From Candidatus Achromatium palustre (GTDB taxonomy: Bacteria > Pseudomonadota > Gammaproteobacteria > Chromatiales > Chromatiaceae), in the NCBI GenBank assembly GCA_001044195.1, contig LFCU01000241.1:1-20221 (forward strand): a stretch of 20,221 nucleotides of DNA, written 5' to 3'. Shown in pieces: positions 15,134 to 20,221 of this stretch. The notes below the pieces were generated by a model, which ran no database searches, was not told where the DNA came from, and saw only the letters and a list, made by a program, of their open reading frames with translations. The translations under genes were made by a program, and so were the position numbers. Within the stretch, counting starts at the first letter, position 1; every line of letters starts with the position of its first letter.

Positions 15134-15225
15134 GGTGTCCTTCAGTTTACACTTTTTTTATCGTTCCCACGCTCTGCGTGTGAACGATTAGTGTAAAGTA
15201 CTGTTGAAGACAAATGAAGAATGCC
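15134..15225. repeat. Two copies of the X/Y motif in inverted orientation in the caspase-Sel1 gene upstream region. 15134-15158 is the reverse complement of AAAAAGTGTAAACTGAAGGACACC, and 15189-15225 reads TAGTGTAAAGTACTGTTGAAGACAAATGAAGAATGCC.
   Basis: The motif was read from the sequence. GTTTACACT at 15147-15155 and AGTGTAAAG at 15190-15198 form an inverted pair. The X unit CAAATGAAGAATGCC matches 9538-9552 and 9581-9594. Confidence 0.5.
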
Positions 15226-15398
15226 GATATATAGTTAAGAATTGTGCCAATTATCCAACAGATATGACACTTGGCTGATATACATCAGTGAAAATATTTT
15301 AGTCTAGTCTACTACAATAGTACAAAATTGTAAATTTTTTTGAGATCATACCCACCTTACATGTCTAATGTCCATTTAGAACTTCATTTGCAAAAATT

Positions 15399-15794
15399 TT
15401 AGACAGGTTCCACAACCACTAATTCAATATCGCCATTCTCTAGCACTTTTTCTTCCTCAATAATCAACCCCTGTTCTGCTACCTGTTTTTTGATTGCCAA
15501 ATGTGCGTAAACACGATTTACATCCTGCATAAATTCTTCTTCCTGAATTTTAGTAGTTCGTTTAATACCCCACCAATCAGTACAAACGGCGTAAGTGTTA
15601 TCTTCTTGACGTTGAAAACCAATGCTATATCTCCCACCAGTGTCGACTACAATCTGGCCGAGTTCAGTATTGTCTTGATAGCCATAGATTGGTAAATCTT
15701 CACCAGTCTGAAATTCATATTCTAATTGACGTAAAGTCTCCTCTAATAGTATTTGGTCGGTAATTTGGGTTTTAACTTGAGAAAAATGAGACAT
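15399..15794 (-). CDS. DUF1257/Ycf35-like small protein (132 aa from the internal start MSHFSQVKTQI...)
   Basis: From memory, the N-terminus MSHFSxxKTQIxD resembles the Ycf35/DUF1257 family found in cyanobacteria and plastids. An AGGAA ribosome-binding site lies about 9 nt upstream of the ATG at 15794. The longer 153-aa ORF from 15860 lacks a ribosome-binding site and adds a non-conserved extension. Confidence 0.55.
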   Translation of the reverse strand: MSHFSQVKTQITDQILLEETLRQLEYEFQTGEDLPIYGYQDNTELGQIVVDTGGRYSIGFQRQEDNTYAVCTDWWGIKRTTKIQEEEFMQDVNRVYAHLAIKKQVAEQGLIIEEEKVLENGDIELVVVEPV

Positions 15795-15929
15795 ATTAGG
15801 GTTCCTAAAAAATAATTTAAATGTATTATACTCGACTATCCAGTTTTTTTGACTTGACAAATTTGTAGGGCGGGAGAACGAAGTGATCCAGCCTTCTATA
15901 TAAGTTTACTATTTTGCAATAATGTTGGA

Positions 15930-15947
15930 TTGCCAAACAGATGGCAA
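15930..15947. promoter_or_regulatory. Inverted repeat TTGCCA-N6-TGGCAA in the divergent intergenic region between the DUF1257-like and vault-protein genes. It is a candidate operator.
   Basis: The sequence reads ttgccaaacagatggcaa, and the arms extend to 8 bp with one mismatch (GATTGCCA/TGGCAACC). It lies about 100 bp upstream of the MVP start codon. Confidence 0.3.
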
Positions 15948-16045
15948 CCCAACCTACGATGCTTATTGACAAGTGACATTATTCTGGTACATTTTCTTAT
16001 AAACATCCTAAATTTAACTTAAATATAATATTTTAAATAATAAAT

Positions 16046-18562
16046 ATGGAAGACCGAAACTCCAAACGCGACCTGGTGCTAGCCCCAGGTGAATACGCTT
16101 ATATGCAAGATGTCACTAAAGGCGTGATCAAAACTTACACCGGTCCTACAGTGATTAATCCCACCGCTCAAGAACGTGCAGTCTCTTTTAATGAAGCTAG
16201 CAAACGTTTTGAACCTTGTCAAATTGAGCAAGCCGTACAACGATGCGCCATTGCACCTGAAGGCTATTATATTATCCTCAAAAATCCTGCGGTCAAAGGA
16301 GATTTTCCACCCTTTGGCGGAGTATTTCCATCTCCAGATCTAGACGTAGGTAAAAAGATCAATCTCACAGGTCCCTGCATGTTTTCCCTGTGGCCAGGCC
16401 AGATCTTTAAGCTAGTCCAAGGTCATCATTTACGCTCCAATCAGTATCTATTAGTAAGAGTATATAATGAAGACGAAGCCAGGCGTAACTGGACCAAAGC
16501 CATTGTAAAACCAGCAACCACAGATGGCCAAGCTGAAACCACGGATATTATGAGCGATGCCCCACGTGATCTCAACGTGGGCAGCCTCTTTATCATCAAA
16601 GGTACTGATGTCTCATTCTACATCCCACCAACTGGAGTCGGAGTGGTACCAGATGAACATGGCCAATACGTGCGCGATGCCCTTACCTTAGAACGATTAG
16701 AATACTGTATTCTAGTAGATCAAAATGGCAAAAAACGCTTTGAACGAGGCCCTCAAGTAGTCTTCCCTGAACCTACAGAATCATTTATTACCCGTGATAG
16801 CCAACGCAAATACAGAGCTTTAGAACTAAATGAGATTCAGGGTTTACACATCAAAGTCATCGCCCCCTATACTGAAGGCGAACGCCAATACAAAGAAGGT
16901 AATGAAATATTTATCACTGGTAAAGAAACGGCTATCTATTTTCCGCGTGAAGAGCACTCATTGGTACGCTATGATGGTAGAGATAAACACTTTGCCGTAG
17001 CCATTCCCTCTGGAGAAGCTCGCTATGTGATGAATCGCAAGACAGGAGCTATCCACATGGTACCTGGTCCGGCCATGTTATTACCTAATCCTGTAGATGA
17101 GGTGATAGTACGCCGTGTGCTATCTGAAAAAGAATGTAGCACCTGGTATCCAAGCAGCAAAGAGGCTCTAGCCTATAATCGTAGTCTCTACCAATTAGCT
17201 TCTGTAACCCCCACCACCCGCTCTGGTGCTGTATCTGAAGGCGATGTCCAACGCAGCCGCCGTCGTGCTGGAAAAAATGCACCACAGGCATCAGTAGCAA
17301 TGGAAGCTAGTGCAGTAAGCCGTGACACTAACACTATGGCTGGAGATATAGTAGAACGTGGTTCTACATTTACCCAGCCCCGTACTCTAATTTTTAATAC
17401 CAAATTTGAAGGAGTACCCAATGTTAATGTGTGGGTAGGCTATGCCATAATGATTGTCAATAAGCAGGGACAGAGACGTGTTGAACAAGGCCCTAAAAAT
17501 ATCTTGCTAGAATATGATGAAACTTTACAAGCGATTTCATTATCTCGAGGTCGTCCCAAATCTACATCACAATGTTTAGAAACAGTATATTTACGAGTTT
17601 TAAATAATCAAATTAGTGATCGCTGCACAGTAGACACCAGCGATTATGTACGGGTACGTTTAGAATATGCTTTGCGAGTAAACTTTGTAGGTGAACCCAA
17701 TCGTTGGTTTGAAGTTGAAAATTATGTGCAATTTTTGTGTGATCATGTTCGAGCGATACTTAAAGGTGCCATCAAGCATTATAATATCGAAACGCTATTA
17801 GCTGGTGCCTTTGAAATTCTCCACGATATCGTCTTAGGGCCATTAGCAGATGGGAAGCGTACTGGTATGACCTTTGCTGAGAATGGAATGCAGGTAACTG
17901 ACATTGAAGTACTTGAAGTTGCTATTGAGGACAAAGCTACTTCAAATCTGTTAGATAAAGCGCAACAGGAAGTAGTTGAAAACAATGTCGCCTTAGCACG
18001 TGCTAATAGAGAACTTGAAGTGACTCGGCAACGTGAAGCCATTGCACGGCAGATGTTAACTGCTAAAGCTGAAACTTCACAACATCAAAATCAGTTAGCC
18101 ATAAATGTGGTGCAAGAGCAGCTAGAGCTACAGCTAGCTAAAATCCGTTCAGAAATCAATACTCACACAGAAACCGAACAGGCTCATAAAGCAAAACAAC
18201 AAATGTTGGATGTAGAACATCAGGCTAAAATCGAACGTGATAAACAAAGTGCTGATCTACAGCATACCATAGCGAGTCGTAAGCAGGAGTTGCAGCTTGA
18301 GACTCTTAAAGCCGAGGTAGCAAGTGCAGTACAGAGATTTGAGGCTGCCCAAAGTGGATTCTCCGAAGCTCTCTTGGCATTGAATAATCATGAAACCCTA
18401 ATTAAGATTGCCGAGGCTATGAGTGTGCAAAATTTTGTCGGTGGTCGTAGTTTAACTGACGTATTAGATAAGATCTTTACTGATACTCCACTACAGTCTC
18501 TATTAGAAACCGTAAAAAACAAGGCTAGTTTGCCAAATTCTATCACTAAGTCCAGCTCGTAG
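16046..18562 (+). CDS. Major vault protein (MVP) homolog, 838 aa. It has N-terminal MVP repeat domains, a shoulder domain and a C-terminal coiled-coil cap-helix region.
   Basis: The N-terminal repeats match the eukaryotic MVP repeat signature (LAPGEYAYMQDVTKGVIKTYTGP...ERAV; APEGYYIILKNPAV). The shoulder-domain region SLSRGRPKSTSQCLETVYLRV...YVRVRLEYALRVNF closely parallels human MVP [21 protein letters not shown]...HARLQLQLAYNWHF. The last roughly 200 aa are a Q/E/A-rich coiled-coil. Confidence 0.85.
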   Translation: MEDRNSKRDLVLAPGEYAYMQDVTKGVIKTYTGPTVINPTAQERAVSFNEASKRFEPCQIEQAVQRCAIAPEGYYIILKNPAVKGDFPPFGGVFPSPDLDVGKKINLTGPCMFSLWPGQIFKLVQGHHLRSNQYLLVRVYNEDEARRNWTKAIVKPATTDGQAETTDIMSDAPRDLNVGSLFIIKGTDVSFYIPPTGVGVVPDEHGQYVRDALTLERLEYCILVDQNGKKRFERGPQVVFPEPTESFITRDSQRKYRALELNEIQGLHIKVIAPYTEGERQYKEGNEIFITGKETAIYFPREEHSLVRYDGRDKHFAVAIPSGEARYVMNRKTGAIHMVPGPAMLLPNPVDEVIVRRVLSEKECSTWYPSSKEALAYNRSLYQLASVTPTTRSGAVSEGDVQRSRRRAGKNAPQASVAMEASAVSRDTNTMAGDIVERGSTFTQPRTLIFNTKFEGVPNVNVWVGYAIMIVNKQGQRRVEQGPKNILLEYDETLQAISLSRGRPKSTSQCLETVYLRVLNNQISDRCTVDTSDYVRVRLEYALRVNFVGEPNRWFEVENYVQFLCDHVRAILKGAIKHYNIETLLAGAFEILHDIVLGPLADGKRTGMTFAENGMQVTDIEVLEVAIEDKATSNLLDKAQQEVVENNVALARANRELEVTRQREAIARQMLTAKAETSQHQNQLAINVVQEQLELQLAKIRSEINTHTETEQAHKAKQQMLDVEHQAKIERDKQSADLQHTIASRKQELQLETLKAEVASAVQRFEAAQSGFSEALLALNNHETLIKIAEAMSVQNFVGGRSLTDVLDKIFTDTPLQSLLETVKNKASLPNSITKSSS

Positions 18563-18582
18563 GGTGGCAAGGTTATGGCCCA

Positions 18583-18621
18583 AAGATTAGTGATATACTA
18601 TAAAGATTATTGATATACTAT
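18583..18621. repeat. Tandem direct repeat of 2 x 19 nt, period 20 (AAGATTAGTGATATACTAT / AAGATTATTGATATACTAT)
   Basis: Read from the sequence. It lies in the convergent intergenic region between the MVP stop at 18562 and the solute-binding-protein stop at 18752. Confidence 0.6.
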
Positions 18622-18751
18622 GTAGATATCAACATGAAATGTAATTGAGACAATTTAGATGATATGTTTAAAATGCGGCTCATCAATCAATTAAAAATCA
18701 CTAACCCTTGGGCAACAACCCGCAAATAAGTAGCACACCCTACCTTTATTT

Positions 18752-20044
18752 CTAGGCTAAAAGCAATTCATTCCAACGTGGCAAAGAATAATCATAAGAA
18801 GCCATAACAGTATTCCAAACCGCTACATGATTAAAACGTTCCCAATAAGAACCACCATTACGCCGTTCTCCAGCACGAACAATAATGCGGTTTCGATTAT
18901 CCACAAGATCATGCACTGCTACCTTACCTTGATACCAATAATCCCATTCCGCATCTGACATATAAGGCTTAACTCGGTCTGGTACTGATATATAATATCC
19001 TTGCCGCGCCACATAGGCCCCTGGCCAACCAGATAACCACCAGTTCATATATTCATAAGCCGCATCACGTACCCGGCCCTTGGTACGTTTTGAAAGACAT
19101 AAAACTCCATGCCAAGCACGATAGCCTTCTCGAGGCGCAGCATAGACTACAGGCATACCTTGGGCATTAAGAGAAACAGCGGCAGGTTCAAACATACTAG
19201 AAATTACCGAGCGGCCTTCTAACATGTATTCAGCAGAAACTGGAATAGCATCCCAAAAGCCACTAAAATGTCCAAGCTGTTTTTTGCTGATCAGTAAAGC
19301 GAAAAGTTGATCTAGCTCTGGTTTTGTTAAGTCTCCTAAGTCTTTAAAATTAAGTAATCCTGTAGCTTGTGCGGCTAATGCCATATCAAATAAGCCGATA
19401 GTGGGGTCATTTACTAATGCTACTTTGCCGCGCCACTTATCATCAAGTAGCCAGCTCCAAGATTCAGTGTCATAAGGCTGCCCTCTAGGTATTATTTGGG
19501 TGTTATAACCAAAGGAATCTACATTGTGGACGTAGGGTACAAAGCTAATATAATTTGAAGGTTGGTTGCTTAGAGTGCGATTGTTTTGGACATAGAGCAG
19601 CTCATAAGGTCTATCCCCTAAACCTAATGGTGCATGAGGTGAAAGTCTCCCCATTTTGGTTAAGGAATTAATTTCATCCCAAAGTGGAATGCGTTTCCAT
19701 TCGATAGGTTGGATGGCTTCAGCATCCCATAAAATATTAATGCTATTAGACCATTGTTCATAAACATCAAAAGTTTCAGGTCGCATGGAGGCTTTTTGTA
19801 GTACCTGGGTATTGCCTCCAGCTTCAAAAATGATGTTGATTCCTAGATCTTGCATCACCTGTTGGCGAATTGGTTCTTGGAGGGTGGCATGAGTTCCTAT
19901 AACTCTAAGGGTAGGTTTTGTTGCTGTATGTACCCAAGGGGCGTTTATTAGGGTAAGTCCACCTAATATATTAGCTGTTTGGGTTAGGAATTTGCGACGC
20001 TGTAGGTTTGGTGTATCGCTAATTGCTAAATTTTGTTCTTTCAA
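18752..20044 (-). CDS. Periplasmic ABC-type solute-binding protein (430 aa) with a twin-arginine (Tat) signal peptide
   Basis: The N-terminus has a Tat motif QRRKFLTQTANILGGLTL followed by a hydrophobic h-region. Its size and Trp/Tyr-rich composition are typical of family-1 extracellular solute-binding proteins. The ligand class cannot be assigned from the sequence alone. Confidence 0.55.
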   Translation of the reverse strand: MKEQNLAISDTPNLQRRKFLTQTANILGGLTLINAPWVHTATKPTLRVIGTHATLQEPIRQQVMQDLGINIIFEAGGNTQVLQKASMRPETFDVYEQWSNSINILWDAEAIQPIEWKRIPLWDEINSLTKMGRLSPHAPLGLGDRPYELLYVQNNRTLSNQPSNYISFVPYVHNVDSFGYNTQIIPRGQPYDTESWSWLLDDKWRGKVALVNDPTIGLFDMALAAQATGLLNFKDLGDLTKPELDQLFALLISKKQLGHFSGFWDAIPVSAEYMLEGRSVISSMFEPAAVSLNAQGMPVVYAAPREGYRAWHGVLCLSKRTKGRVRDAAYEYMNWWLSGWPGAYVARQGYYISVPDRVKPYMSDAEWDYWYQGKVAVHDLVDNRNRIIVRAGERRNGGSYWERFNHVAVWNTVMASYDYSLPRWNELLLA

Positions 20045-20171
20045 TGTTACACTATTCCAAATATTAGCTATGGATCTGGTAACTCAATATTATCATCTAT
20101 GCTTAAAAAATATGAATACTATGGTTCTTTGGACTTTAATGTACAAATCAGATAAGGTATGGTCACAAAAA

Positions 20172-20213
20172 ATATAGAAATATATTGACAATATAAAAAT
20201 ATTTCTATATATA
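20172..20213 (+). promoter_or_regulatory. Near-consensus sigma70 promoter (TTGACA-N17-TATATA) reading rightward out of the window, embedded in an inverted repeat (ATATAGAAATAT / ATATTTCTATAT)
   Basis: TTGACA lies at 20185-20190, followed by a 17-nt spacer and TATATA at 20208-20213. The flanking 12-bp inverted-repeat arms are at 20172-20183 and 20199-20210. The left arm AATATAGAAATAT also occurs at 10847-10859. Confidence 0.4.
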
Positions 20214-20221
20214 CGTTTCCA

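Noticed and set aside
14852-15196. A 114-aa plus-strand ORF overlapping the start of the caspase-Sel1 gene
   Set aside because: It is antisense to the signal-peptide and linker coding region of the 1281-aa gene and is hydrophobic by mirror-image composition. It is likely spurious.
15399-15860. The 153-aa version of the DUF1257-like ORF starting at 15860
   Set aside because: The first 22 residues are non-conserved and there is no ribosome-binding site. The internal Met at 15794 has an AGGAA Shine-Dalgarno sequence and begins with the family-typical MSHFS motif.
17085-18042. Minus-strand ORFs (71, 77 and 87 aa) inside the MVP gene
   Set aside because: They are embedded antisense in a strongly supported CDS. 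The GC-richer coding region generates open antisense frames by chance.
1-20221. HIP1 (GCGATCGC) octamers as proof of cyanobacterial origin
   Set aside because: I could not find an exact GCGATCGC in the window. The cyanobacterial assignment rests only on gene content (MVP homolog, Ycf35-like gene, Sel1/caspase lipoprotein) and remains tentative.

Overview
This 20.2 kb window is AT-rich bacterial DNA from an accessory-type region. The gene content suggests a cyanobacterial origin but does not prove it: a bacterial major-vault-protein homolog, a DUF1257/Ycf35-like ORF, a caspase-Sel1 lipoprotein, and many partner-switch modules.

Layout:
- 1-1847 (+): a partner-switch locus. It holds a 5'-truncated SiaB/DUF6272-like kinase fragment, a SiaC/DUF1987-like gene, and a PP2C/SpoIIE-type phosphatase.
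- 1971-8954 (-): one 8-gene operon of about 7 kb, which I regard as the most interesting content. It runs TerY-like vWA, then PP2C phosphatase, then Ser/Thr kinase (the 'TerY-P' triad). These are followed directly by a MotA/ExbB-like membrane protein with a roughly 420-aa low-complexity tail (ZorA-like). Next come two tandemly duplicated cassettes, each holding a MotB/OmpA-like stator subunit (ZorB-like) and a translationally coupled small acidic protein. This TerY-P plus Zorya-like motor combination looks like a candidate undescribed defence or signalling system.
- The roughly 7.9 kb segment carrying this operon is bracketed by imperfect direct repeats of the phosphatase gene 3' end (1771-1847 versus a relic at 9721-9786) and by copies of a short dispersed bipartite motif.
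- 9832-10780 (+): a second, intact SiaB/SiaC-like pair.
- 11075-11218: a MITE-like element with 30-bp perfect terminal inverted repeats.
- 11245-15090 (-): a 1281-aa lipoprotein with a caspase-like (C14) domain and about 25 Sel1 repeats, encoded by a 108-bp tandem DNA repeat with 432-bp higher-order near-identical copies.
- 15399-15794 (-): a DUF1257/Ycf35-like ORF.
- 16046-18562 (+): an 838-aa major vault protein homolog.
- 18752-20044 (-): a Tat-signal periplasmic solute-binding protein.
- A near-consensus sigma70 promoter at the right edge reads out of the window.

No rRNA, tRNA or CRISPR was seen.
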